41,958 bases of DNA from positions 1-41,958 of the IMG/VR virus record IMGVR_UViG_3300037311_000497; one strand, written 5' to 3'. Below, in pieces: positions 8,411 through 16,760 of this stretch; position 1 is the first letter of the stretch, and each line of letters begins with the position of its first letter. The translations under genes and the position numbers were made by a program. This stretch comes from a virus (taxonomy: Duplodnaviria; Caudoviricetes). Below the pieces are notes generated by a model that saw nothing but the letters and a program-made list of their open reading frames with translations, was not told where the DNA came from and ran no database searches.

Positions 8411-8973
8411 GCGTCAAGGTGTTCACCTCCGAACGGTCCAGGGCCGCCATCGCCGGTGCTTGGGACGCGGCCCTGAAACTGGAAATCTTCGGCTATGCCG
8501 AACTGGCGGACGCCGCCGGGATCAGCCTTGATCTCGCGACCTTCGCCGCCCGCGGCTGGGCACAGGAAGGCCGGATCACGACCAGGTCGGGCGGCCGCGG
8601 AAACCAGCGCCGCATCTACGGCATCGCGCCGGGCTGGGTGCCCGAGACCGGGACCGGCCGCCGCACCCCCGCGCTCAATCTCTGGACCGCCATGCGCCGC
8701 CTCCGGGTCTTCACCCCGACCGACCTGGCCGCGCATGCCGATACCGAGGAGGCGCCGGTCTCGGTCGACCACGCCAGGACCTACTGCCGCGACCTGGTGG
8801 CAGCGGGATACCTGGCCGTCGCCCGGAAGGCGGTGCCGGGGCAATGCGAGGCGCAGTACCGGCTGGCGCGGAACACCGGCCCGCGCGCGCCCGTCGTGAA
8901 GCGGGTGCTGTCGCTGCTCGATCCCAACCTGCGCCAGGTGCAGGCGATGCCGGGGGTGGTCACATGGCCCTGA
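8407..8973 (+). CDS. Tandem winged-helix DNA-binding protein
   Basis: Two wHTH-like halves (FGYAELADAAGISL; FTPTDLAAHA...YCRDLVAAGYL); usual post-MuB position. Confidence 0.7.
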   Translation: MSVKVFTSERSRAAIAGAWDAALKLEIFGYAELADAAGISLDLATFAARGWAQEGRITTRSGGRGNQRRIYGIAPGWVPETGTGRRTPALNLWTAMRRLRVFTPTDLAAHADTEEAPVSVDHARTYCRDLVAAGYLAVARKAVPGQCEAQYRLARNTGPRAPVVKRVLSLLDPNLRQVQAMPGVVTWP

Positions 8974-9338
8974 CCCTGCTCGAAGCCGCGGACGCCGCCT
9001 ATGGCGGCAAGGCGCCCGACTGGGTGCGGGCGCTGGCCCGCGCCTGCCAGGAAAGCACGCAATCCGATGTCGCCCGGCGGCTCGACCGCTCGCCGGGCGC
9101 GATCAACCAGGTGCTGCGCAACAAGTACGGCGCCTCGACCGCAAACCTCGAGGAGCGCGTCCGCGGCCTGCTGATGGCGGCGACGGTCGACTGCCCGGTG
9201 CTGGGCGACCTGTCGACGGTCGCCTGCCAGGACTGGCGCGAAAAGGCACGGACCTTCGTTCCGACCAACGCCCACCGGGCCCGCATGTTCCACGCCTGCA
9301 ATGCCTGCCCGCTGAACCGCAAGGAGCCCGCGAAATGA
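8964..9338 (+). CDS. XRE-type HTH protein with Cys-rich C-terminus
   Basis: QSDVARRLDRSPGAINQVL HTH; CPVLG...C...CNACP. Confidence 0.75.
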   Translation: MALTLLEAADAAYGGKAPDWVRALARACQESTQSDVARRLDRSPGAINQVLRNKYGASTANLEERVRGLLMAATVDCPVLGDLSTVACQDWREKARTFVPTNAHRARMFHACNACPLNRKEPAK

Positions 9339-9637
9339 CCGCCGTCCGGCAGTTTGCCGCCGATCCCGATGCCGTGGCCGAAGCCATCGCCGCAGGCCTG
9401 GAAGCCCATGCCAGGCGCGGGCGCGAGCGGCCGCTGTCGGCCGGGGACCTCGCCACCCTGGCCGAGCGCGGCATGGCGAAATGCGCCCAGGGCCAGCGCG
9501 GCATCACCACCGTCTCGGCCGACGAGACCTGGGCGATGGCGGACGTCCTCTCGCTGACCGGCGGCCCCCGCCGCCTGCGCGCGGCGCTTGCCCTCGCCGT
9601 CCCCCCGCAACCCGCACAGCCGGAGCCCGAGAAATGA
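9335..9637 (+). CDS. Hypothetical phage protein
   Basis: ATGA overlaps on both sides. Confidence 0.6.
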   Translation: MTAVRQFAADPDAVAEAIAAGLEAHARRGRERPLSAGDLATLAERGMAKCAQGQRGITTVSADETWAMADVLSLTGGPRRLRAALALAVPPQPAQPEPEK

Positions 9638-10287
9638 CCAGCGCCTTCCAGCCCGCCCCGATCCCTGACGGCCGCGTCGACGTCGACGGTCAACCGCACC
9701 TGCGCGACGGCCGCGGCGGATTGGTCCCCGTCGCGCTGGTGAAGCCCCAGCACCAGCTGCAAGACGAGCTGGTGCGGAAGATCATGGGCTATGCCGTGGC
9801 CCTGTCCGACCAGGTCGCGCGGTTCAAGGGCCACACCTGCGACGACCTCGCCGCATTCGAGGCGCTGCTTGCCCAGGAATACGGCGCCAAGGTCGGCGGA
9901 CCGAAGGGCAACAAGTCCCTGATGTCCTACGACGGGCTGATGAAGGTCACCGTGCAGGTGGCCGACTATGTGAGCTTCGGCCCCGAACTGCAGGTCGCCA
10001 AGGACCTGGTCGACGAGTGCATCAATGACTGGGCCACCGGCGCGCGCGACGAGCTGCGCGCGCTGGTCACGCATGCCTTCAAGACCGACAAGGCCGGGCA
10101 GGTCAGCGTGGCGCAGATCTACACGCTCCTGCGGCTCGAAATCGAGGACCCGCGATGGCTGCGCGGGATGCAGGCGATCCGCGATGCGATGCGGGTCGTG
10201 GGCTCCAAGTCTTACGTCCGCTGCTACCGCCGCGAGACCTTTGACGGTCCCTGGCAGGCAGTGACCATCGATCTGGCCAAGGCCTGA
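9634..10287 (+). CDS. DUF3164-family Mu-like phage protein
   Basis: LRDGRGGLVP...GGPKGN..L.SYDG...FGPELQVAK.L.DEC...GSKSYVR.Y pattern. Confidence 0.85.
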   Translation: MTSAFQPAPIPDGRVDVDGQPHLRDGRGGLVPVALVKPQHQLQDELVRKIMGYAVALSDQVARFKGHTCDDLAAFEALLAQEYGAKVGGPKGNKSLMSYDGLMKVTVQVADYVSFGPELQVAKDLVDECINDWATGARDELRALVTHAFKTDKAGQVSVAQIYTLLRLEIEDPRWLRGMQAIRDAMRVVGSKSYVRCYRRETFDGPWQAVTIDLAKA

Positions 10288-10346
10288 ACCCTCCCACCCA
10301 AGGGGGCGGCTGTCGCCCCCGCCACCCCCCCGAAAGGACAACTGCC

Positions 10347-10538
10347 ATGGAAACCTTCATCCTGATCGCGCTCCTCAAGACCCCCGGCGAAGGCGGCGCT
10401 ATCCAGCGCGCCTTCGACACCGAGGCGGAGTGCCGCGGCTTCGGCGCCGCGCTCGAGGCGCAGTTCGAGGCGCTGCCGCACAAGGTGCCGCCGACCGTGC
10501 TCTGGACCTGTGTGCCCTACCCGACGGCGGGGGAGTGA
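10347..10538 (+). CDS. Small hypothetical protein
   Basis: AAAGGA RBS; two Cys. Confidence 0.6.
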   Translation: METFILIALLKTPGEGGAIQRAFDTEAECRGFGAALEAQFEALPHKVPPTVLWTCVPYPTAGE

Positions 10539-10543
10539 GCGGC

Positions 10544-10759
10544 ATGTCTGCCATTCTCCTCCTCGTGGGCGCGGTCATCATGCAGGTCCTTGCGCTGTGT
10601 TTTTCCCTCGTCCTCGGCTCCGCGGCGACGACGGATCGCGAGCCCGACGATGCCGCGGGCGACGATGCCTTCGCAGCTGCCGTGGTGGTCGTCACGAGCG
10701 CGATGGCGCTCCTGCTCTGCTTCCTGGCGGGTCATGGCTTCGTGGCGGGTCAGGGCTGA
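10544..10759 (+). CDS. Small two-TM membrane protein
   Basis: Two hydrophobic helices with an acidic linker; GGGAG upstream. Confidence 0.6.
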   Translation: MSAILLLVGAVIMQVLALCFSLVLGSAATTDREPDDAAGDDAFAAAVVVVTSAMALLLCFLAGHGFVAGQG

Positions 10760-10763
10760 GGCG

Positions 10764-11030
10764 ATGGCACCCGCAACCCTGTCCCCAGAGCTGCGCCGCA
10801 CCGTCATGACCATGGCGCAAAAGCTGTTCGACGACGCGAAGAATGACGGCTGCGCCCTGCTGGCCCTCATCGTTGCCTACGAAAACCTCGTTGCAACGCA
10901 GGCGGCGCTCAACCCGGACCCGATGGCCTGGCTGGACCGCGGAGCTGCGAACCTGCGCAGGAACGTGCTGGCGATCATGGCCGACACCGCGGCGGGCCGT
11001 CCGCCGGCATGGGAAGGACCGCTGCAATGA
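10764..11030 (+). CDS. Hypothetical phage protein
   Basis: GAGG RBS; ATGA overlap with next gene. Confidence 0.6.
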   Translation: MAPATLSPELRRTVMTMAQKLFDDAKNDGCALLALIVAYENLVATQAALNPDPMAWLDRGAANLRRNVLAIMADTAAGRPPAWEGPLQ

Positions 11031-11539
11031 CCCCCGACGAGGCCCGCGGCCTGATCGAAGACGCCATCGCCGCGCACCGCAAGCGCGTGGCGGCGGCCGA
11101 CGACCGGCTGCGGGCCGAGGTCATGGTGATCCTGGACGACCTGAAGGAAGGCCCGCCCGCGGTGCCCGGCGTGACCCCTGCGACGAAAGAGGCCGTGCGC
11201 CGTGCGCTCTGGGGCGGCCAGCCGATCCACCGGGTCCTGGAGGCCACGGCCGAACTGACGGGGATCGGCGCGGGCCATCTGACCGGGGTCAGCAAGGACA
11301 AGGAGGTGGCCGATGCCCGCATGCTGGCCATGGCCGTCTGCTGTGCCTGGCGACTGGGGTCGCTGCCGCAGATCGGCAAGGTGTTCAACCGTGACCATTC
11401 GACCGTCGCCAATGCCCGCAACCAGATCGCGGCCCGTATGACCCCCGCGCTGGCGGCGGCCATGGAGACCATCGCCGCGTCGGCCGGGCTTGGCCCGCGG
11501 CCGGACAGCCCGGGCGCGCGGGCGGCGGAGGCCGCATGA
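11027..11539 (+). CDS. Protein with DnaA domain IV-like HTH
   Basis: ARMLAMAVC...SLPQIGKVFNRDHSTV resembles the DnaA C-terminal SLPxIGxxFxxRDHTTV signature. Confidence 0.8.
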   Translation: MTPDEARGLIEDAIAAHRKRVAAADDRLRAEVMVILDDLKEGPPAVPGVTPATKEAVRRALWGGQPIHRVLEATAELTGIGAGHLTGVSKDKEVADARMLAMAVCCAWRLGSLPQIGKVFNRDHSTVANARNQIAARMTPALAAAMETIAASAGLGPRPDSPGARAAEAA

Positions 11540-11985
11540 CCGCGAATGCCGACCTGATCCGGCTGGTCCACGTCGGTGCCCGCGAGCTGGGGCTCGATGC
11601 CGACACCCGGCACGACCTGCAGCTGCGCGTGACCGGCAAGGCCAGCTTGCGCGACATGGACCGGCGCGAGCTTCAATCGGTCGTTGAAGCCCTGAAAAAG
11701 CAGGGTTTCAAGGCCGCACCCGGCCCCGGTTTCCGCAAGCCCGCGGCGCGCGGGGACGTCCGCTATGCCCATGTCCTGTGGAAGCTGCTGCACCAGGCGG
11801 GCGCGGTCGACAAGGCCGGGGCGGCGGGGCTCAACGCCTTCATCCGCGCCCGGTTCGCCGATGCCTGGGGCGCCACGCCGATCGACATCGACCGGATGCA
11901 GGACGCCACCCAGATCGCCACGGTGCTGGAGGCGCTGAAGGCCATCGCCCGCCGCCACCAGATCGACACCCGGAGGCGCCAATGA
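11536..11985 (+). CDS. gemA: GemA / Mu gp16-like regulatory protein
   Basis: IRLVHVGARELGLDADTR...TGKASLRDM...V...LKKQGF; VLEALKA at C-terminus. Confidence 0.85.
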   Translation: MTANADLIRLVHVGARELGLDADTRHDLQLRVTGKASLRDMDRRELQSVVEALKKQGFKAAPGPGFRKPAARGDVRYAHVLWKLLHQAGAVDKAGAAGLNAFIRARFADAWGATPIDIDRMQDATQIATVLEALKAIARRHQIDTRRRQ

Positions 11986-12245
11986 AGAAGCCGCTGACCC
12001 GGGTCACCGATCATGCCATGGTCCGCTACTTCGAGCGGGTCGCGGGGTTTGACGTGGATCGGCTGCGGCGCGAGATCGGCGCCCGGGTCGATGCCGCCGC
12101 CCGGGCGGGCGCCTCGGCGGTCGTCATCGACGGCCGCCACTACATGATCGGCAGCGACGACCACGGCCCGATCGTCACCACCATCATCGACCCGGTGCCC
12201 GGCAGCCTTGTCCCGGCGCGGCCGCCGAAGGGGCCCGCGACATGA
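11982..12245 (+). CDS. Hypothetical phage protein (VTDHAxxRYxER motif)
   Basis: GGAGG RBS; ATGA overlaps. Confidence 0.7.
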   Translation: MKKPLTRVTDHAMVRYFERVAGFDVDRLRREIGARVDAAARAGASAVVIDGRHYMIGSDDHGPIVTTIIDPVPGSLVPARPPKGPAT

Positions 12246-12814
12246 GCCTCGTCACCGAATTCCTCGCCCTGCGCCCGTCCGGCGGGTTCCAGCTGATCAT
12301 GGCCGACCCGCCCTGGCCGACCGAGATGCGGTCCGAGAAAGGCTACGCCAAGTCGCCCGAGGCGCACTACGAGACGATGCCGGTCGCGGCGATCGCGGCG
12401 ATGCCGGTCGAGCTGCTGGCGGGCGCGAATTGCCTGCTGTGGCTCTGGGCGCGCAACTGCCAGCTGCCCGAGGCGCTGCAGGTCATGGCCGCCTGGGGCT
12501 TCACGCTCAAGACCTCGGGCCATTGGGTCAAGCTCACGCCGCACGGCAAGGTGGCCTTCGGCACCGGCTACATCCTGCGCAACAGCGGCGAGCCATTCCT
12601 GATCGGCACCCGGGGCGCGCCGCTGACCACCAGACGTGTCCGGTCGGTCATCCACGGCATGCGCCGCGAGCATTCCCGCAAGCCCGAGGAAGCCTACCGC
12701 GCGGCCGTGGACCTGATGCCGCAGGCGCAGCGGCTCGACCTCTTCAGCCGCCAGGTCCGCCCCGGCTGGGCCAACTGGGGCCGCGAACGCACCAGGTTCG
12801 GAGACGCCGCGTGA
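12242..12814 (+). CDS. MT-A70-family N6-adenine methyltransferase
   Basis: IMADPPW, HYETM, LWLW, WGF, HSRKP, LDLFSR...GWANWG motifs. Confidence 0.92.
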   Translation: MSLVTEFLALRPSGGFQLIMADPPWPTEMRSEKGYAKSPEAHYETMPVAAIAAMPVELLAGANCLLWLWARNCQLPEALQVMAAWGFTLKTSGHWVKLTPHGKVAFGTGYILRNSGEPFLIGTRGAPLTTRRVRSVIHGMRREHSRKPEEAYRAAVDLMPQAQRLDLFSRQVRPGWANWGRERTRFGDAA

Positions 12815-13173
12815 CCGACCACCCCCACCCCGAAGCCGCCGCCGTGCTGGCAGATGTCGCCGCCCGCTATGGCGTCGCCATCGCCCCGGGCGTCAGGGTG
12901 CAAGCCGTGCCGCGCGGGGTTTCCGGTCTGGACGGCGCCGATTCCGCAGTGCTGGCCCGCATGGCCGAGGCGCGGCGGGTCGCAAGCCTCAGGGCGCTGA
13001 AGCGGCGCAAGCACGCCGAGACATTCAGCAAGGTAGCGGCCTTTGTGCGGCCCGGCCGGACGCTGGCGGAGATAGCCGCGGCATCGGGTTACGCGGAGGG
13101 CACGGTTCGGGCCGTGCTGAACGAGCAGGGCCATGCGATCGTGCGTGGCCGCGTGGCGGCGGGCCCGGAATGA
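12811..13173 (+). CDS. HTH-containing hypothetical protein
   Basis: GTGA overlap; C-terminal TLAEIAAASGYAEGTVRAVL HTH. Confidence 0.65.
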   Translation: MTDHPHPEAAAVLADVAARYGVAIAPGVRVQAVPRGVSGLDGADSAVLARMAEARRVASLRALKRRKHAETFSKVAAFVRPGRTLAEIAAASGYAEGTVRAVLNEQGHAIVRGRVAAGPE

Positions 13174-13532
13174 CTCCGTCCTCGGCCGAGACCTTCATCG
13201 CCGTCCTGGGCGAGGACCTTGCCGCCGAGGTGTTCCTGGCCGAGGGCGGGGCCGAGGTCTGGCTGGGCAACGGCGCATCGGTCCGGTCGCGGCTGGCCGA
13301 GCGCATCGGCGTGGACCGGCTGGCGGCGCTGGCCGAGGCGCTGGGGGAAAAGGTGCGGGTGCCGACGGCGCGGCCCTGGCTGGCCGCCCGCCTGGAAAGG
13401 AAAGGCTTGCCCGTTGCCGAAATCGCCCGCAGTCTGCATGCCGCCGACACCAGCGTGCGCCGCTGGCTGTCCGAGGCCCACCGGCCTGCGCCGGGTGCGG
13501 CCGCCGATCCCCGCCAGATGACCCTTCTCTGA
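13170..13532 (+). CDS. Mor/C-like transcriptional activator (late-gene regulator)
   Basis: C-terminal HTH VAEIARSLHAADTSVRRWL, terminal QMTLL, position directly before the lysis operon as for Mu C. Confidence 0.75.
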   Translation: MTPSSAETFIAVLGEDLAAEVFLAEGGAEVWLGNGASVRSRLAERIGVDRLAALAEALGEKVRVPTARPWLAARLERKGLPVAEIARSLHAADTSVRRWLSEAHRPAPGAAADPRQMTLL

Positions 13533-13545
13533 CCGGCCCGGCCCG

Positions 13546-13574
13546 CGCCTCCGCGCGGGTGCGCGGATGGAGTG
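13546..13574 (+). promoter_or_regulatory. 29-bp late-promoter element, copy 1 (dyad TCCGCGC-GGGT-GCGCGGA)
   Basis: Identical to 24932-24960; upstream of endolysin. Confidence 0.75.
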
Positions 13575-13642
13575 AGCCCCCCCGAACCAGCCAAATGGCG
13601 GCAGACATCGCGGGCGCATGGCCCGCGCCGGGGATCACCGAC

Positions 13643-14602
13643 ATGCAGATCAGCGACAAGGGCCTGGCCTTCCTGGAGCGCCATGAAGGCATCGTGCTCA
13701 AGGCCTATCGCGATGTCGTTGGGGTCTGGACCATCGGCGCCGGCCTGACCGCGCCGTCCGGCGTGGTGAAGCCCCGCGCCGGGATGGTGATCACCCGCGA
13801 AGAGGCCTCGCGCCTGCTGGGCCTTGCACTGGAGCGCAACTACGAGCCTGCGGTCCGCGCCGAGATGGTGAGCGAGCGCCTTGTCCCGGCGAAGCAGCAC
13901 GAATTCGACGGGGCGGTCAGCTTCCATTTCAACACGGGCGCCATCGGCCGGGCGTCCTGGGTCAAGGCCTGGCGCCGCGGCGACTGGCAGGGCGTGCTGA
14001 AGGGCTTGATGGCCTGGAAGAAGGGCGGCGGGCGCGTCCTGCCGGGTCTGATGCGCCGCCGCGAAGCGGAGTTCCGTCTGATCCAGAATGCGGACTATGG
14101 TGAAGGTCTTCACACGCCGGTCCGGCCCGAACCGCCGAAACCCGGCGTCACCGCCGCGCGCATCGCCGCCCCGATCACCGCGGCGCAGGTCCCGGCGCTG
14201 CTCGCTGCCATGAAGACGTTGGGCTACCCGGTCGACCGCACCGCGGCGACCCTGCCGCTGCAGCCGGTGCTGGACTTCCAGCGGGCGCATGGCCTGACCG
14301 CCGACGGCATCGTCGGCCGCGCCACGGCCTCGGCAATCCGGCGCGCATTGGACGCCCGCGGCAAGGCCAAGGTCGCGTCGGGCGGCGCCGTGGCGTCGAT
14401 CCCTGTCTCAGCGGCCGACCTGGCCGCCCCGGCGCTGGACATCCACCCCGACCTGGCCGCCGCCCTGAACTGGGCCGCGCCCATGATCCTTGCCGCGGCC
14501 GCCGCCTATGCCCTGTGGCTCGCCTTCACCTACCGCGACACCGTCGCGGCCGCCATCGACCGCCCTTTCCCCCGGCTTGCAGCCTTCCTGAGGAGCTTCT
14601 GA
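13643..14602 (+). CDS. Endolysin: GH24 lysozyme, peptidoglycan-binding domain and C-terminal hydrophobic helix
   Basis: HEG-x7-D-x5-T catalytic pattern (HEGIVLKAYRDVVGVWTIG), GLMRRREAE, FQRAHGLTADGIVG. Confidence 0.92.
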   Translation: MQISDKGLAFLERHEGIVLKAYRDVVGVWTIGAGLTAPSGVVKPRAGMVITREEASRLLGLALERNYEPAVRAEMVSERLVPAKQHEFDGAVSFHFNTGAIGRASWVKAWRRGDWQGVLKGLMAWKKGGGRVLPGLMRRREAEFRLIQNADYGEGLHTPVRPEPPKPGVTAARIAAPITAAQVPALLAAMKTLGYPVDRTAATLPLQPVLDFQRAHGLTADGIVGRATASAIRRALDARGKAKVASGGAVASIPVSAADLAAPALDIHPDLAAALNWAAPMILAAAAAYALWLAFTYRDTVAAAIDRPFPRLAAFLRSF

Positions 14603-14943
14603 TGAAAGCCATCCTGCGCCTCGGCGCGACTGTCCTGCTGGCGAGCATTGCGCTCGTCATGGTCCTGATCGCCTGGACTGTCATGCTGCGCCCGGCCGAG
14701 GCGCAGACGCAGACCTGCGGTGACCGCACGGCCATCCTGGCGGCGCTGGCGGACAAGTATGGCGAGCGGCCGCTCTGGACCGGCGATACGCCGGAACGCG
14801 GGTTCACCACGACGCTGGTCGCCAATCCTGACGGCACGACCTGGACGGTCGTCGTCCAGCAGGGCGACAAGCCCGCCTGCATCGTCGCCTCGGGCGCGAC
14901 CTGGTCGCACCCCCTCCCCTCCCCTGCGGGCACGGAGGGTTGA
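14602..14943 (+). CDS. Exported or membrane-anchored protein in the lysis cassette
   Basis: AGGAG RBS, TGATG overlap, hydrophobic N-terminus ending AEA/Q, two Cys. Confidence 0.7.
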   Translation: MKAILRLGATVLLASIALVMVLIAWTVMLRPAEAQTQTCGDRTAILAALADKYGERPLWTGDTPERGFTTTLVANPDGTTWTVVVQQGDKPACIVASGATWSHPLPSPAGTEG

Positions 14944-14947
14944 ACGC

Positions 14948-15472
14948 ATGATCCCGCCGTTTCTTCTGTCCGCCGCGGTCCAGCTGGGCCTGCCACACCT
15001 GCGCCGCCTGCTTGACCCGGCCATCGGCCCGAGAGGCGGCGACGTCGTCACGCGCATCGTCGCGACCATCGCCGAACGTGCGGGCACGACCCCCGACGGG
15101 CTGGAGCAGGTGCATGCCGCCACACCCGGTGTCGTCCTCGACGCGATGAAAGAGGTCGAGAAGTCGGTCCTTCCCGAAATGGTGCCGGTCTTTCTGGCCG
15201 ACGCCGAGGCCGCTCGCGCGCTGGCGGACGCCGAGGCCGAAAGCCCTTGGCGCAGCGCCTGGCGCCCGCTGGGCATGTACCTGATCCTCGCCCTCTGGGT
15301 CTGGAACATCATCCTGCTGCACGTCGCCAACGCGGTCTGGAAGATCGCCCTGCCGCCGGTGGACTTCAGTGTCCTGCTGCAGTTCTCGGTCCTCTACCTC
15401 GGCCTCTACATGGGCGGACACACGGTCAAAGACGTCGCGACCAACGTCGCCAAGGCGATGGGCAAGGGCTGA
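14948..15472 (+). CDS. Holin-like membrane protein
   Basis: WRSAWRP then two TM helices and YMGGHTVK, resembling GTA-type holins; lysis position. Confidence 0.7.
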   Translation: MIPPFLLSAAVQLGLPHLRRLLDPAIGPRGGDVVTRIVATIAERAGTTPDGLEQVHAATPGVVLDAMKEVEKSVLPEMVPVFLADAEAARALADAEAESPWRSAWRPLGMYLILALWVWNIILLHVANAVWKIALPPVDFSVLLQFSVLYLGLYMGGHTVKDVATNVAKAMGKG

Positions 15473-15867
15473 TGGAACCGGTGATGGACCTGAGCCCGCT
15501 CGTCGCCTGGGCCGGAGCACTGGCGCTCCTTCTGTCGCTCGGCACTTCGCTCTGGACGATCATGGCCGGGCCGTCGAAGGCCAACGCGGCCCGGATCGAT
15601 GCGCTGGGCCGCCGTCAGGACGAGGCGGCGCGCGAAGTGACGGCACGTCTGGACTCCCATGACCTGCGGCTGTCGCGCCTGGAACAGGCGCTGCAGGCGA
15701 TGCCCACCAAGGACGACATGCACCGGCTCGACCTCAGCCTGAAGGGCATGGAAGGCGAGTTGCGCGAGATGAAGGCGGTGATGGAAGGCAACAACCGGAT
15801 CATGGAGCGTCTGGAGAACATCGTCACCCGCCACGAGGAGCACCTGCTCGACGGGAGCAAGAAGTGA
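15472..15867 (+). CDS. DUF2730 / Mu gp25-like protein (TM plus coiled coil)
   Basis: N-terminal TM, RLSRLE...MPTKDDMHRL...GE motif; precedes gp26-gp28. Confidence 0.75.
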   Translation: MEPVMDLSPLVAWAGALALLLSLGTSLWTIMAGPSKANAARIDALGRRQDEAAREVTARLDSHDLRLSRLEQALQAMPTKDDMHRLDLSLKGMEGELREMKAVMEGNNRIMERLENIVTRHEEHLLDGSKK

Positions 15868-16169
15868 CTGCAACCTACGAAGACCGCCAGCGCGAGGACG
15901 CGCGGCTGATCATCCTGCGGGCGCTCGAGGATCAGGTGGACGAACGCCTGCATTCGGGTCTCTTGCAGGACGAGCTCTTGCGGTTCGGCATCGACAAGAG
16001 CCGGGCCTGGGTGCACGTCGAGCTCGACTGGCTGGCCGAGATGGGCGCTGTGACCCTCCTGAAGACCGGCAGCGTTGTCGTCGCCACGCTGACCGACAGG
16101 GGCGCCCGCCACCTGCGCCGCGCCATCGTCATCGAGGGTGTCCGCCGCCCGTCGCGGCCGGGGGAATAG
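15864..16169 (+). CDS. Mu gp26-like protein
   Basis: RLIILRAL...LDWLAEMG.V...VATLTDRG...GVRRP. Confidence 0.8.
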   Translation: MTATYEDRQREDARLIILRALEDQVDERLHSGLLQDELLRFGIDKSRAWVHVELDWLAEMGAVTLLKTGSVVVATLTDRGARHLRRAIVIEGVRRPSRPGE

Positions 16170-16172
16170 GCC

Positions 16173-16760
16173 ATGGCGCGGTCCGGTCGCGGCTGGCTCA
16201 ACGCCTTCGACCTCCTGCCGTCCGAGGCCGACGAGATCGTCGCCTGGGCGGCGCGGGAACTGGCAGGCAACGAGCGGACGCAGACCGACATCTACGCCGA
16301 GTTCGTCACCCGCTGCCAGACCCTGATGGCGGAACACCGGGGCGAGATCGAGTTCCGCATTCCGTCCTTCAGCGCCTTCAACCGCTATTCGGTGCGGCAG
16401 GCCCGCCTGTCCCGCCGCCTGGAACAGACGCGCGAGATCGTCGCGGTGCTGGCCGAAAAGCACGACGCCAAGGCCTCCGACGACCTGACGGTGATCACGG
16501 GCGAGATGATCAAGAGCCTGGTCCTGCACATGCTGGGCGATGCCGCCGAAGGGATGGTGCCCAAGGACCTGCTCGATCTCGCCGGAGCCTTTGCCAAGTC
16601 GCAACAGGCGCAGAACTTGTCGGCTGACCGCAAGGCCAAGGAACAGGCCCGCCTGGCCGCCCGGGTGACCGAGGCGGTCGATACCGTGGCCAAAGCCAAG
16701 GGCATGACGGCCGACACCGCCGAGGCGATCAAGGCCTCGATCCTCGGGATCACCAAATGA
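16173..16760 (+). CDS. DUF3486 / Mu gp27-like putative terminase small subunit
   Basis: FDLLP...SFSAFNRY...IKASILGI; directly before terminase large subunit. Confidence 0.8.
   Translation: MARSGRGWLNAFDLLPSEADEIVAWAARELAGNERTQTDIYAEFVTRCQTLMAEHRGEIEFRIPSFSAFNRYSVRQARLSRRLEQTREIVAVLAEKHDAKASDDLTVITGEMIKSLVLHMLGDAAEGMVPKDLLDLAGAFAKSQQAQNLSADRKAKEQARLAARVTEAVDTVAKAKGMTADTAEAIKASILGITK

Noticed and set aside
10302-10320. Hairpin GGGGGCG-gctgt-CGCCCCC as an intrinsic terminator
   Set aside because: No U-tract and it lies within a same-strand gene run; function unsupported
11982-12245. Possible RelE-like toxin from the TDHA..R..ER pattern
   Set aside because: Resemblance too weak to call by eye and no adjacent antitoxin; left as hypothetical
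13133-13642. Long N-terminal extension of the endolysin ORF
   Set aside because: Overlaps the activator gene and late promoter element; the lysozyme domain begins at ATG 13643
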